Assembly: GCA_002269645.1 (NCBI GenBank)
Contig: NIVC01001128.1
Span: 329,554 to 393,553, forward strand
From: Macrostomum lignano
Taxonomy: Eukaryota
Reading direction: 5' to 3'
DNA: 64,000 nt
Part shown: positions 24,476-38,200 of the stretch, piece by piece
Layout of the letters: each line of letters starts with the position of its first letter
Position numbering within the stretch: the stretch's first letter is position 1
The notes under the pieces: model-generated
Seen by the model: the letters and a program-made list of their open reading frames with translations, nothing else
Told to the model about the DNA's origin: nothing
Database searches by the model: none
Made by a program: the position numbers and the translations under genes

Positions 24476-25708
24476 GGACCTGGACCGATTATTTATGAAA
24501 ATTATTTAAACGAGGTCAAAATTCATCTCATTTTAAACAAAAACAAGCAAAAAACAACAACTATTTAACTAAAACCTATTTAGTTTCAGTTACTTAATAT
24601 ATAACGAGAAGTTTGTTGAACTTTTCAATGTCCAGCTGTTACTGGCATTTTAGCCATTCTAATATATACCTTACAATAATTACGACTTAAATATCGTTCA
24701 TCTTTATCAGCAGTTATTGTACTTCTTCGCTTTCTTGCCATTTTTAAACTGGCTTCAATGATTCATAATTATTTCTGACAAGCACAAGAATCTATTAAAC
24801 ACTATTTTCTTAGACAGCATTTTTGTAAATCTTGACAATGCTGCGACCGGTAACTACATGTAAATTAATCAATTAATTGTACAGTAATAATTCATTAATT
24901 AACCAGCGGCCGCCGACGTCACCGAGGTATACAACGTCAATAGAAGTCTACGGCGAACTGGCATTTGTGTAATAGACTGACAGATGCTAAAGTACAAAAA
25001 CTTTTTTAATTTTACATATTTTGCTACAATATTTATTAATTGCTTTCTGTCGCACACATGCGCGTACATGTAACATCGATGTAAGGACATACATGTACTT
25101 ACTAACATTTGTCTAGCGCGCTCGGCTGGACATCAGCGTTAATGTACTGGTGAAAGTACTTATCGACGTCGCAGCAGCTGATCTCGGAAAGCATCTCAGA
25201 CATCGACATGCGACCATTATTCAGCCAGGTTGCATGAGATGGGATCACGTACTGTTACGTGTACATATGTGATATTGCAGTACATATATCCTAATGTAAT
25301 TATTCTATCAGTGGTCGACCCTAATTGTTTCATATATTTAAGGGGTGGATTGAGTGGATCCAGCCAGGGCCGGCAAGGGACACAATTGGCCCAGCAGAGT
25401 GGAAAGGAGATAAATGTACTGCCCGTATACTATTTAATTCCCTTGTTGGGCCTTGGGATTTTTTCTCTGCTGTTCTGAATAATGTACGTATACATGCATT
25501 TAGATCTAGCCAAATACTGTATCGATCACGCTATTAACACCCAACAGGGGGCGAAATGCTCAAAGAGAATGGCACCTGCGATTTTTAATCATCGTAAAAC
25601 ACTATGTAACGTTCAAATCATTGCTCTCTCGATTTCTCTCTCGAGTATGTATTTCGCCAAAACAGACTTATGCGCGGCGCAAATTTGTTTTCAATAACAC
25701 CAATTTTG

Positions 25709-28673
25709 TCAAGCCCGCTGCGGCCGCAGCAGCACTTTAGAAGCCTGGCCATCTCGCATTAGCTGCAGTCCTTTTGAAAACTCCTCTATAGGTAGCTTTT
25801 TAATTCCCAACAGCTCCAGGCTAAGACCGTCGATGCAGGACAGCTCGCCTAGCAGGCCGATCGCCTCTGGCAGGGTGTACCTACTGGCGCAGGCGGACAG
25901 CACCGTGAGCTCCTTGAAGAACGCCGCCAGCGGTTCGAGCGTCAACTGGCTATCCACGTTGCCGATACCCAGCAGGAGGATGCGGCCGCTATTGCCGGCC
26001 ACCTCGCAGGCGAGCGAACCGGCCGCTGGTGAGCCGCTACACTCGACAACGACGTCGAACGGCTTTAGTTTGGCTACCTCCTCCGGGCTGCAGGCGGTGA
26101 GGCCGCTAATCGCTCGGCCCAGGCCTTCAACTAGGCGGCGTCGTTGGGCGTTTGGCTCGCTCACCGTCACTCGAGCGACGCCGCGTCGACGCAGAGCAAT
26201 GCAGGCCAGCAGGCCGATGATGCCGGCGCCGGCCACGATAGCCCGGCTGGTGCCAGGCAGGTGGCCCAGGCGGTTCAGGCCGTTAAGAACGCAGGAGAGC
26301 GGCTCGGCTAGAGCTGCCCAGTCGGCTGGCGGCGACTTTAGAGTTTCAATAATAAAGATCGAGTTATACGTGTTATACTTTTCAATAACTCAACTACCAA
26401 GGTCTACCATGTGGAACTATTGCAATCTCAGCTACATGTACATTTGAAGTAATCTGTGTTTTAAAGGAATTATATCTAGATGTATGATATCTATTTATGA
26501 TATTTGTCTTTGCTGGAGTGTCTGCTTTTTTAGGCAATGTTGTCATCCTTGAGGGGCTTTGGAGGGAATGGCTCCCACCTTGGAAGGTTTTAATTTGTCT
26601 CTGTCCTTGGAAAGGCGTGTCTTTATCCTTGGAAGGGTGTGTCTCTGTCCTTGGAATGGCGTGTCTTTATCCTTGGAAGGGTGTGTCTCTGTCCTTGGAA
26701 AGGCGTGTCTTTATCCTTGGAAGGGTGTGTCTCTGTCCTTGGAATGGCGTGTCTTTATCCTTGGAAGGGTGTGTCTCTGTCCTTGGAAAGGCGTGTCTTT
26801 ATCCTTGGAAGGGTGTGTCTCTGTCCTTGGAATGGCGTGTCTTTATCCTTGGAAGGGTGTGTCTCTGTCCTTGGAAAGGCGTGTCTTTATCCTTGGAAGG
26901 GTGTGTCTCTGTCCTTGGAATGGCGTGTCTTTATCCTTGGAAGGGTGTGTCTCTGTCCTTGGAATGGCGTGTCTTTATCCTTGGAAGGGTGTGTCTCTGT
27001 CCTTGGAAAGGCGTGTCTTTATCCTTGGAAGGGTGTGTCTCTGTCCTTGGAATGGCGTGTCTTTATCCTTGGAAGGGTGTGTCTCTGTCCTTGGAATGGC
27101 GTGTCAATCCTTGAAAGGGTGTGTCTATCCTTGGAAGGGTGTGTCTCTGTCCTTGGAAGGGTGTGTCTCTGTCCTTGGAAGGGTGTGTCTTTATCTTTGA
27201 AAAGGTTTCTGTCCTTGGAAGGTTAAATCTCCGTCCTTGTAAATGAGTCTGTCATTGAAACTAAGGTGTCTCCCTTCATGGAAAGGTGTGTCTCTGTCCT
27301 TGGAATGGCGTGTCTTTATCCTTGGAAGGGTGTGTCTCTGTCCTTGGAATGGCGTGTCTTTATCCTTGGAAGGGTGTGTCTCTGTCCTTGGAAAGGCGTG
27401 TCTTTATCCTTGGAAGGGTGTGTCTCTGTCCTTGGAATGGCGTGTCTTTATCCTTGGAAGGGTGTGTCTCTGTCCTTGGAATGGCGTGTCTTTATCCTTG
27501 GAAGGGTGTGTCTCTGTCCTTGGAATGGCGTGTCTTTATCCTTGGAAGGGTGTGTCTCTGTCCTTGGAAAGGCGTGTCTTTATCCTTGGAAGGGTGTGTC
27601 TCTGTCCTTGGAATGGCGTGTCTTTATCCTTGGAAGGGTGTGTCTCTGTCCTTGGAATGGCGTGTCAATCCTTGGAAGGGTGTGTCTATCCTTGGAAGGG
27701 TGTGTCTCTGTCCTTGGAAGGGTGTGTCTCTGTCCTTGGAAGGGTGTGTCTTTATCTTTGAAAAGGTTTCTGTCCTTGGAAGGTTAAATCTCCGTCCTTG
27801 TAAATGAGTCTGTCATTGAAACTAAGGTGTCTCCCTTCATGGAAAGGTGTGTCTCTGTCCTTGGAAGGGTGAGTCTCTGTACTTGGGGTGTATCTGTCCT
27901 TTTAATGGTGTGTCCCCCTCTTTGGAAGGATGTGTCTTCTCCCTTGGGAGTGGTGCCCATCTTTTTTGTTTTTCCTCACTGTTTCTGGAGCAGAAGAAAG
28001 TTTTGACTATACTGGATTCGATATGCGTTAATGTTATTCTCATTGGGGGCATGAACAAATGTTATTCCTGGAGTAATAGTTTATAAGATTAATCTACAGT
28101 TGTTACCTGTCCGCCTGAGTAGCGATCAACCGGATGAATCTTGTCCAACGGTACCTCCAGCACTGATTGCCAAGTGCCGTTAACGTTCAGCCCAATAAAG
28201 CTTGAAAAATATTCGTCGCACTGATTGTATCTGTAGATAAAAAAGAGATTTGATGTTAGAGAGCCTACTTCAAGGATTTAAAAGTCATCTTTTTGGTCTT
28301 TGGAAGTTCATGGCACAAACCTGCCATCCCTGCACTGCCTACAGCTGCCGCACTGTCCCACCGGTTGCAGCACCATCAGTGCTCCAATCTTGATTGATTG
28401 CTTCGCAGATTCGTCCTCGTCGTCGGCTAATTGAATCACGTGACCCGAAGCTTCGTGTCCGAGAACTCGAGGCTCTCGACCAGTAATAAGTGAGCCAGTG
28501 CCGCGACCAGATAGAACGTGCAGGTCGGTGCCGCAGACTCCGGCATGAGAGATGCTCACCAAAGCGTGTCCGCGTCGAGGCTTTGTTGGCACCGGGAGCT
28601 CACAGAGCGACACCGTGCCAGCTTCGTTTGGCTCGGAACTCGAAGGCGGGGTGTATTGAACAGCTTTTTGCAT
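25709..28673 (-). CDS. Zinc-dependent medium-chain dehydrogenase (sorbitol/threonine dehydrogenase-like MDR), 3 exons
   Basis: Exons 28673-28321, 28230-28107 and 26335-25709 join in frame by GT-AG. Motifs: GVCGTD, LGHEASG, structural-Zn CGSCRQCRDGRYNQC, LAEPLSC, GAGIIG Rossmann, DVVVECSG. Confidence 0.92.
26575..27930. repeat. Hierarchical intronic satellite (22-bp monomer, 44-bp dimer, 561-bp higher-order duplication)
   Basis: Alternating gtgtctctgtccttggaa(t/a)ggc and gtgtctttatccttggaagggt. A unique spacer (aaatgagtctgtcattgaaactaagg) recurs at 27241 and 27802. Confidence 0.95.
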
Positions 28674-29325
28674 GTTGCTAGAGCCTTTTGCTTAGTTGGT
28701 TTGCTTGGTGTATAGGACTTAGGGGTGTGTATCTGCTGTAGCAAGATTTTTAGAGCCAGCTTATATCAGTCTTATGTTTCCAGGGCCTTGGGTTCGACCG
28801 ATAAGATCTGCAGAATGCTTTAACAAAGTCACGAGGCACCTGAGCCTATGCTTAGTTGTAGTTTTCCTATGCCCGAGTTTATTCATGTTGGCTCGTACGA
28901 CGCACACCTGTATTAAACACGGTCGTATTGAAAAATTGTCCATTCTTATCTCCACGATAAACTAAACTCGGTTTGTAACGGCAAACTGAGTGTACTCGTG
29001 AATTGTATTCTGGTCATACAGTCGAACAACAGCAACAGCCAGTATCTGATACTTTACGCTTGTAAATTAAATTTAGATGTAGGGTATTATCTATAACAAC
29101 AACGAGTACAAAAAGACAAGAAAAACAACAACAAAGTACGCAGTTCCCCAATAAGTCAGTGGAGGGAGCGTCAGATGGAGAGCACCGAAGCTCAGGATGC
29201 AGTCCACGTATCTCCGGGTACTCGCTTGACCCCGCCTGAACGGTCCCGGCAAAGTGAGCAGCCCGTTCATCCGTCCTGGACAATCATTTTCTAAATTTAT
29301 AAACGTTTCTTAAATGTGCTTCACA

Positions 29326-31135
29326 TGTACATCATTTGACGTCTCTGGCTTTGAAATCAAGTGTGTATTTGGGATGGCTGTGTGTGTCTTTTAGTCTCTC
29401 TTCTCTGTCACGAAAGACTTGTAGCACATCATTGGAGTTTGTATTGTTTCCTGGGTCCAAACGACTCACCCAACTGGGGTGGCGGGCATGCACAGAGTAA
29501 AGCGAGATGCATGCAATTAACAAGAGAGCAGTCCCCACTCCCAACGGCACAAATCAAACGCAATCTCACACTACTTTCCCCAAGAAAAACAAGGGATAAA
29601 AAACGGAATTAAAACAAAAGGAAGGACAACAAGAAAGTTGATGCAACGCCAAATAAGTCCTAATCAAGCAACGGACAGAAAGCTCGTCAACAGGTCGCCG
29701 TGTAAAAATCCGGCCGCAGTCGCTGCCTGCCCAACCGGCGTACCGCGTTGCCGGGTTCAGCCGCGTCCGGTCACGCAGCTGCTCCCAGGCTAACCAGCTG
29801 ATCCGCGGAGTCCTCGGCGCTCTAAAATTCGTCCTCGGTGGCTGGCTTGGCTGACGGCCTGTCGCTCAGATTCGAACGATCGATAAAGCGCTTCAAACGG
29901 TCATGGTGGGCCAGCAACCGTCGCCTGCCGTTCACGGCCTGCAGCTGGTAGTTCACCGGGCCGACCTTTTTAAGGACTATGAACGGGCCGGACCACCGGT
30001 TCGACAGAGTCTTGCACTGGCAGCGCTTCATCGCCTGGTGCGTCAGCATCACTCGGACACAGGTCTGGAAGTCGGTAGTCTCTGCCCCTAGATTGCAGAA
30101 CTCTTGCTGCGATCTCTGAGCCGTGTGCAAGTGCGCCTGCACTAACTAGAAGCCGCGCCTGATTCTCGTCTGCAGGTCCGCGAAGTCCTAAGGATGGTCG
30201 CGCTGCCCACTGAGCGCCAAGTCGACCGGCAGTCTGGGCTCCATGCCGCGTAGAACTTTGAGCGGCGACTCGCCCGTGGAGCTGTGCTCAGAACTGTTGC
30301 AGTAGGCCCACAAGATGTAGGGCAGCAGGGCGTCCCAGGTGACCTGGTTCTCCGAGCAGAATGCCGAGAGCATGTTGCCCAGCGTCCTATTAAATTTCTC
30401 GACGCTTCCGTTGCCGCTGGGGTGAAACGGTGAGATCCTCGATTTTTCTGCTCCGAGCAGTGCGCAGGTCTGCTTGAAAACTTTGGCCTCGAACTGGCGA
30501 CCTTGGTCCGAGTGCACGACCTCCGGAACTCCGTGCCGCAGCATCACGCAGATCACCAGAGCCTCGGCTACCGTATTGGCGTCGATCTGGCTGAGGGCTT
30601 CCGCCTCCACCCACTTTGAAAGCGTGTCGACAAAGCAGAGGATGTAGCGCTTGCCTGGCTTAAGTTGCATGACAGCCCATGGCTTGGCCGGTAGCGGCTG
30701 CCGCACCAGCTCAGCGCATGCTCCCTTCGGCGCTTCCTTACGGCGTTTCCAGATTAGGCAGCCCCGAACCCAGTCCCGCACATCCTCGCGCATGTCTGGT
30801 CACCAGAAACGCTGGCGCAGGCCCGCAGCAACCCCCCCCCACGCTGTCTGAGTTGACCTGCGCTCGGCCCGGTCGTGCGCCTGTTGCAGCAGTTGCGCTC
30901 ACATGTGCAGGGGAATCGCCAGCAACCCCTTGTGGAGCAGTACGCTGTCCGGTGACAGCTTCAGACAAAGCAGCTTCTGGACCGACGCACTCACCGCCGC
31001 CGGAACTTGAAAGTCGGGCTGGAGCATCGCGTGGCGAACCGCGTGTAGAACCTGGTCCTGGTCTTGCTTGTCAGGCAAATTAGTAATCTGGAACTGCAGC
31101 GCCGCTGCTCCAGCCTGAAGAGTTCGCTTTAGCAC

Positions 31136-31177
<42 letters not shown>

Positions 31178-34100
31178 AAGGAGAGAGAGAAAGAGAAGAG
31201 AGAGAGAGAGAGAATTATGTCTAGTGTCTAATCGCACGAACTCCCACTTACAGACCCTAAGCCTGAACAGAATTCAGTGATCACTTACTAATGCGGGCTC
31301 CTCTTCTTTGTTGGGCAGGTTCTCCGAGCTCGTTTCTTTGAATCTTCTTCCTCCGAAGTAGTCTTCTTGAATTCTAAATTCGGCCGAAAGTAACAATTTA
31401 ATCCGTCGACGTCGCAGTATTCCTCGAGTGCAGAAATTAATATTAGCGATGCGCCCTAATAACAAAGTCAATTTTCTATAACAACACGAGGTCCTCCAGA
31501 CAGGGCATCTTCTAAAACTAACGGAATCGGAGTCGTGTGCTCCTATCGGTTACTCTAGGATAACCCAAATCAATCAATCGATAATCCTCTAAGGGTATCG
31601 GAATCGGTCCGCAGATCCTATCCAATCCCTTAGGAAAAGGAGAGGCCTCAAATTCAATAAACTTAGTTAAATCAACCGATCAGTAACGGCCGGCAATAAA
31701 ATCGCTCTCAATCAATCAATAACAAAGGCTCAAACACGGCTTACCAATTGGTATTCGTCTTCCTCAGAGATGCAGCCTCGATTAGCTTCTGCAGTAAGCT
31801 CAAGATCTTCAGAGGCTGCTCCGAGTCGGAGATTTTTAGCTCGGATTTTGGCTTGTATTTATAGGAAAATCTTGTGAGAAACAGGTTATTTTGGGTACAT
31901 GCGGAATTGCTTGAGGCTCCATACAATCCAAGGCCACAACACTGTTGTCACAACTTATGACGATAGGCCGGCTGAATTCGGGCAGCTGGAGCATCTTTCA
32001 ACTTTTTCAGCACCGCAGCATGCTCTGACGTCCACAAGAAACTGCCGCCCGAACCTTTCTGAGCCAGATAATACAGCGGTTTGGCAATGTCACAGAAGTT
32101 GGGCACAAACCTGCGGTAGAGCTGGGCATACCGATGATGCGCCGGACATCCTACTCGGACTGCAGCTCCGGTATCCGCCTGATCGCCTTGACCTTCTCCG
32201 CGGTAGGTGCGATGCCGCCTTAAAGACATGGTGGCCCAGGTACGTGACGCTCCAGGTACGTAGGTGAAAAAGCTAGGGTTCAGCATCAGCCTGGCAAACT
32301 GCAGTCGATGCAGCACCTTGGACAGAGACTGAACGTGGACTGGACTTAAACCACGTCGGCAAGGCAAATGCCCTCGACAGCCTTGCCAGTCGGTTGCTGT
32401 CCTCCTCAGGCAGCTCCGGATTGATGTTGAACTGGTCCGCGGGGCCTCATCACTCGTGCACATCCTCGTCCTCATCGATTATCTCGACGCTCTCAAAAGT
32501 GCCGATGGTCTGGTTGAAGAGCAGCGTGACCGGTTTAGAGGTTGCACACCTGAACCGGGATCTTGCCGCTCGCTGACGACACCGCAAACACGCGGCCGGG
32601 CAGCACTCCGATTCTGCCGATTAACTCCTGTGACGGCTCGAAGATGCCCTGTGCCTGCTTGGTCTCTGTCGTCACGACCGTGACTTTAACTGACCTTGGC
32701 GGTACCACGACGACGCCCTGAACTCTGGCGATGATCACTGTGGGTACCAAGCGACAGGACAGAGGAAAATCTCGCTTGGAATCGCAGTTACTGAACGGAA
32801 CCGCCTCACCATCGAATGCGACTGTCTTGGCACCCTGGTCGATGCTGAACTGCGATCTGGCCGCCTTGCTCACGAAATCCATCCTGAGGATGAAGTCTGG
32901 GCGAATACCTCTGACCACCAGCACGTCTATTTGTCTGCGCAGCTGACGATCGAGTCGCACCGAAATGCTCAAGCTTCCCAGCAGCTCGACCTACAGAGGC
33001 CCGACGTCTGCCGGCTTCAGCTCGCAGCGACCGCTAATCAGCGAGGTATGCGCTCCGGTGTCCAGCAGCCAGTGGCACGGCTTGCTGTTTGCCTCTCCAG
33101 GAATAAAAATCGCATGAAGCACGGGATTGCTCCTTGGGGTTGATGTGGGCCCCAACCCTTGGGTTGCACCAACCCTTAGAAGTTTCTCGGAGCCTTGGAT
33201 AGGCAGACAGAGGCCTTGTGCCCTCGCCCAGAGCAGTTGTGGCAGATCATCTGGTCACTGCAGACATTGCGCTGCACGGAGTCCGAGCTGGCCGCAGTTG
33301 AAGCAGCCGCCTCCTCGCTGCTGACGGCGATGCAGAGTGTCGATACCGGACTGCACGTTGACCCTCGCGATAAACTCCTCCATGCGTTTCTCCAATCGGT
33401 CCAGGCGGTCATCGCCTGGCTCTGCTGCTGAAGTAGCACCGAGGGCTCCAACTGCCGCCATCGACTGTCGCCCAGCCAGCAGAGTCTCCAGGCTGCAGGT
33501 CTCTGCGTCCTCCGCCTTGAGCAGGTTGTCACGAATGTTGCCTTGAGCAGCTGTAGAAGCTTGAAGCGCAAATCTGGGTCTCACTGAGCAATTGAGTCTT
33601 CCGGTCCTCCTTTATACTTTTAAAGCTCTTTTGTCTTGTCTCGGCCAGGTCCCAGACGACTACTTCACCATCGACACAGAGGTCGCATCGTCCCATTTCG
33701 CGTCGTTGGCGAATTCCTCAAAGATGCGCAGCCACTTTTTCACGTCAGTGCCGCCTGTGCCACTGAACTATGGCGGTAGGAGGGCGTTCTGGGCTATTAG
33801 TGCACCTGCACTGGTTCTCGATGCCACTAATGTAAGAATTTGGAGTCGAAATAACGAAGTATACTTAGCATGCACGATAAATGAAGACCGATTATATAAC
33901 CAGCGATACAAAGGTTAAAATGACTCACCCAACTGGTGTGGCGGGCGGGCACGCACCGAGTAAAGCGGTTGTGTAGCGGTTAATTGGATAGTTCACGATT
34001 TAGATTTAGCAGATCGGCAAGCCGCTTTCACCCTTAGCGTTACTTTGAAGCGTTATGCCTTGCAAAGATCGGGATTCAGTTGATTGGCTGGTGGGCCGAG

Positions 34101-34649
34101 GTAGGCGGCGGGAGAGTTGAGGCAAGGAGGCCGGATAGCTAAGGGGTTCGCGAGCCTAGAGCGAGAAGCGAAGCAAAGAGGTAGAGCAGGGAGAGAGTGG
34201 CCGCTGACTGCAAGTGTATATTTAATTGGTAGGTAAACAGATAACAACAACACCCCTAATCCAAAAGCCAGACAAGCCCCCCACGCGCAATGTGAATGTA
34301 CAAATTAATCGATAAAATATATCGTGCAAGAATATCATTAGAATATCATACATGTATCAGTACATGTACATAGATAGAACTACTTTACGTGAAATAATAA
34401 CGATAGAATGAAATACAAATAATAAAATAAATACATACGAGGCTACAAAAAACAAAACAATTAGCCGTAATATAAGCGCAATAATAATACGTATGGAATA
34501 TTGTTAAAATAAATTAAATAATACAAGCAGTACGGTATGAATGCGAGATAAGGAAATACGGTACACATACTTCTACGAACTACACTGTCACAAAAGTAAT
34601 AAAAGAGCAGCCTCTACCCCCGACGGCACAAATCAAACGCAACCTCACA
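29326..34649 (-). mobile_element. Decayed Ty3/Gypsy LTR retrotransposon (left boundary uncertain)
   Basis: 5' LTR 34649-33831 (TGTGAG..TTACA), then PBS-like TGGCATCGAGAACCAG (33826-33811). gag with two CCHC knuckles (~33780-33176), protease LLDTGA (~33070), collapsed RT (YLGHHV), integrase zinc finger and core VDTLSKW..HSDQGRQFE..NGSVEKFNRTL (30900-30188). PPT GGGGAAAGTAG (29581-71) and 3' LTR starting TGTGAG at 29570. Many stops, frameshifts and deletions. Confidence 0.9.
31140..31925 (-). mobile_element. Foreign LTR-like/unknown insertion inside the Gypsy pol
   Basis: Interrupts pol after ..SCDNSVVAL. Starts TGTATGG, contains cctataaata and ends in a (CT)n tract before GVLK resumes. No TSD resolved. 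Confidence 0.45.
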
Positions 34650-35299
34650 GAGCATCTCTGTCACTTGAGTTTGCATCTCCGTCATTAAAAGAGGTTTCTC
34701 CATCACCGCAGGCGTTCTTCCGTCATTGGAGGTTATCAACCTCCGCTAATTCTCAAGATATGGCCACAATAGCTAAAGATAAAATAAGTAACTCAAGAAG
34801 CCATTTTGGTTGTCCTAACAACAACTAAAATTAATCAACTGAGCACAGCCTTTTGTTCCATTTTGTAATAAATAAAAAAAGATGCACAAATACCGTAGTT
34901 CAATCAGTGGTAATTAAAGCGATTTTTCAGTTTCTCTGGTAAAAATTACAACTTTATAGGAAATAACTCACTCCTAGATTTTTGGCAATTTAACTGAGGA
35001 GTGTAATTTTTTAGGAGTGCGTCGCCACCTCAAAGGGATTATGGATAGAGCGTACTTTTAAAAATCAACAGCTTTGTATAGACTAACGTTTTCGTACTGT
35101 AGTGATTAATCAAAGTTCTTTATTGAAGGTATACACTATACGAAGCGCCATAAGAATTAGGCTTTAAAGAGTTTCTAAAAATGTTCTGAGGATTAATCTA
35201 CTAACTAATTGGATTAAATAATCTAGAGCCACATTGTAAGAGCATTTAGAATCGTATTTAATTGTTTCATCCGAGCGTGAAAAGCTCTGAGCGGTTTCA

Positions 35300-38200
35300 T
35301 TACTCGACGGTATCGAACTTCCTGTCCTTGGCGCCGACCTCGCACAGCTGGAGCACCCGGGCCGGCGTCAGCGGCAGCTCGAACGTCAGGTTCACGTCCG
35401 GCTTTCCCTGCTGCTTCCGGAAGGCCTCAATCGCTCTCTTGATGGCGGTGACGCAGGTGGCCGCCAGACCGAACGGCGGCTCCCCGATCGCCTTCGTGCT
35501 GAACACGCTGTCGGTGTCTCCCGGCTTCTTCATTAGGCGGACGCGGAAGTCGCGCGGCACGTCGGCAGCCTGCGGCGGCTTATAGTTCCAGGTACCGTCG
35601 GCCAGGTTTCGCCCGGTGTCGGAGTCGTACACGGTTCTCTCGGTCAGGTAGTAACCCATGCCGAACACGTAGGCGCCCTCGATCTGGCCAATGTCCACGC
35701 CAGGGTTGAGGCTCTTGCCGATGTCCATCATGATGTCCGAGCGCAGGACGACGTACTCGCCAGTGAGGATGTCCACCTCCACCTCGGCCGCACCTACTCC
35801 AGTGCTGACGTATCTAGCGTGCTGGCCCTCCTGATTCTTGCTCCTGTAACTGGAATAGATTGACGATAAGCGATATTGTAGAGGCGTGAAGATGCGATGT
35901 CTGATGCTAACTATATTAATGCACATTGCAGAACCAATCAAGGTCAGCCAAAAAAATTATCCCGAGATACTTACGTTCCAAACGCCTTCAAAAGTACGCC
36001 AGACATGATGGCGGTCACCACCAACTCATTCCAACCAGCTTCCGGTTTTGTCTCCTTGACCGGCAACAGGCGCTCCTTAATTTGATCAGCCGCCACTTTG
36101 GCAGCCATGGCGTTGAGCTCGCTGGTAGCGCTGCCACCAGTGATGTCCATCTGTGGCAACATCATAGTGTCGGTCGGTTTGGCCTTCACCATGTCGAGTG
36201 TGGCGCCAAACTCGGCCAGCTGAGCGACAACCGCTTGAGCAACCTTAGTAGTCAGTCCCTGACCCATTTCGTGTCCGCTATGCACAATGGAGATGCTGCC
36301 GTCCATGTGCACCGTCAGGTCAACTTCTGAAACACCGAACCTGTCGTAGCCAATGTGGTACGAAATGCCAGAAATGTCCAGTCCTCGCTTTTTGTACTTG
36401 TTCTCCTGAAAGTTTGTTCATTCAATTGTTGTTTACTACTCATATTTTGCAAAATACTTTCGAAGTCATACAGTAACTATTGGTGGTTTACGTCTACCTT
36501 ATTAAACTTTTCGATGGCGTTCCTGCGTTCCTCAATATTGGCTTCGGCGTAGAGTTCGTCCCACATTTTCGGCAGGTTGTCGTTGACTCGCTTTACTCCA
36601 TGCTGGTCAACCTGCCAGATTTTAAAAATTACAGACAATTTTTTAATTCTGTATGCTTTCAGACACGAAATTTCTATTTGGTAGTAATTTACTCATCACC
36701 AGTTTACTCACCTGCCCAGCTTGGTACAGGTTGCGTCGCTTAAACTCAATGGGATCCATTTTAAGACCATGCGCCATGTGATCCATCATGAGCAAATTGA
36801 TAATCGTGGCTGGAGCGGATCCAGGCGAGCGAACGGCAGTGGCGCCGGGCTTGTTCGTTCGAACGTACATCAGATCAGTCTTGAACGTCGGCACATAGTA
36901 GCCTTGGTCCAGGCCGGAGTTGATTTCTGGGCCAATCATCGCGATAAAGTTGCAGGAGACTCCGGCGTCAACTGCATTGTTCCAGTGAACGCTCATGAGT
37001 TGACCATCGGATGTAGCGCCGGCCTTGTACTTGGCTAGCACGGTTGGACGTTTCTGCTCAAACTGGGCAAGGGTGTCCAGCCTCATGAACATGGTGCATG
37101 GACGATGCTTCAGCTCGCATGCGATAGCACACACCGAGGCCACGTGGTCGACCTAAAAATTTTCGGTTGAGATAAACGAGTGTATATCTATAATGCGTCT
37201 GAGAATGAAGCTTAACTCGAAGAATCTTGTTCATTTGCTTACCATTATTAACTTTCCACCGAAACCTCCTCCAAGGCGAGGGCAAACCGCTCGGAAGTGC
37301 GATCTGGGCCTGCGCATCACTTTAGCAAGCACGGTGGTCAGGCCTTCGACCCACTGGTGCGGCGCGTGTACTAAAAAGCCTTCCTCCGTCTGGCGAACGC
37401 TAGCAGTGATTGACTCCATGAAGAAGTGCAGCTGCTCACCAGCCAGCACCTCTCCTTCAACCTGCACCGCCTGCTTCGCCATCGCAGCGTCTGGGTCCTC
37501 CGTCGATTTCTTCTGGGCGTCCTGGAAGTAAATCGACTTCTTAGCCAGAGCCTCCGAGATATGCACGATTGGCTCGTCGCCGGCCTCGAATAGAACCTCG
37601 ACCAGGCTGGCGGCTCGGTCGGCGGCCCATTGTGTATTAGCCATGGCGGCCGCCACCGGCTGACCGGCGAAACCAACAACATTCGATGGGAAGATCTCGT
37701 CCGTTTGCCTGTTGAAGTCCGGAAGTAAAATAAATAATTAAGCCTTTAAAGTATCAATATAGATGTGCTAGAAACTGCGGAAAAATCCAAATCATACTCA
37801 CGCTTCAGCCGGGAAGATAGGCAGGTCGTAGTTGTTTGTATATTTGCCTTCAAGATCTTTCAAAGTCAGAAGACCTTCGAAGCCTGGCACTTTCTGAAAG
37901 ACAGAATCCAGGACTTAAAGTTAAAAGGATATCGAAAAAGAAACGATCGTTTATTATCAGATATCATAGCATTTATTTGGGATACCTCGGCTTCTTCGGT
38001 GTCAAATCCTGTGACCTTGATGGCGGCCTCGGGAGCACGGACAAAAGCTAAAAATAGCTCATTCGCGTGAGCTGGGTAGTCGTTCACGTAGGTGGCCTCG
38101 CCGGATGTCTGCGCCTTGGACTCGAGCTTCCTGACCGACTGGCCCAGCGGTGCCGGCTGAAGCTCTTCGACAAAGTCCTGCTCGCCTCGCTGGAGAGGTC

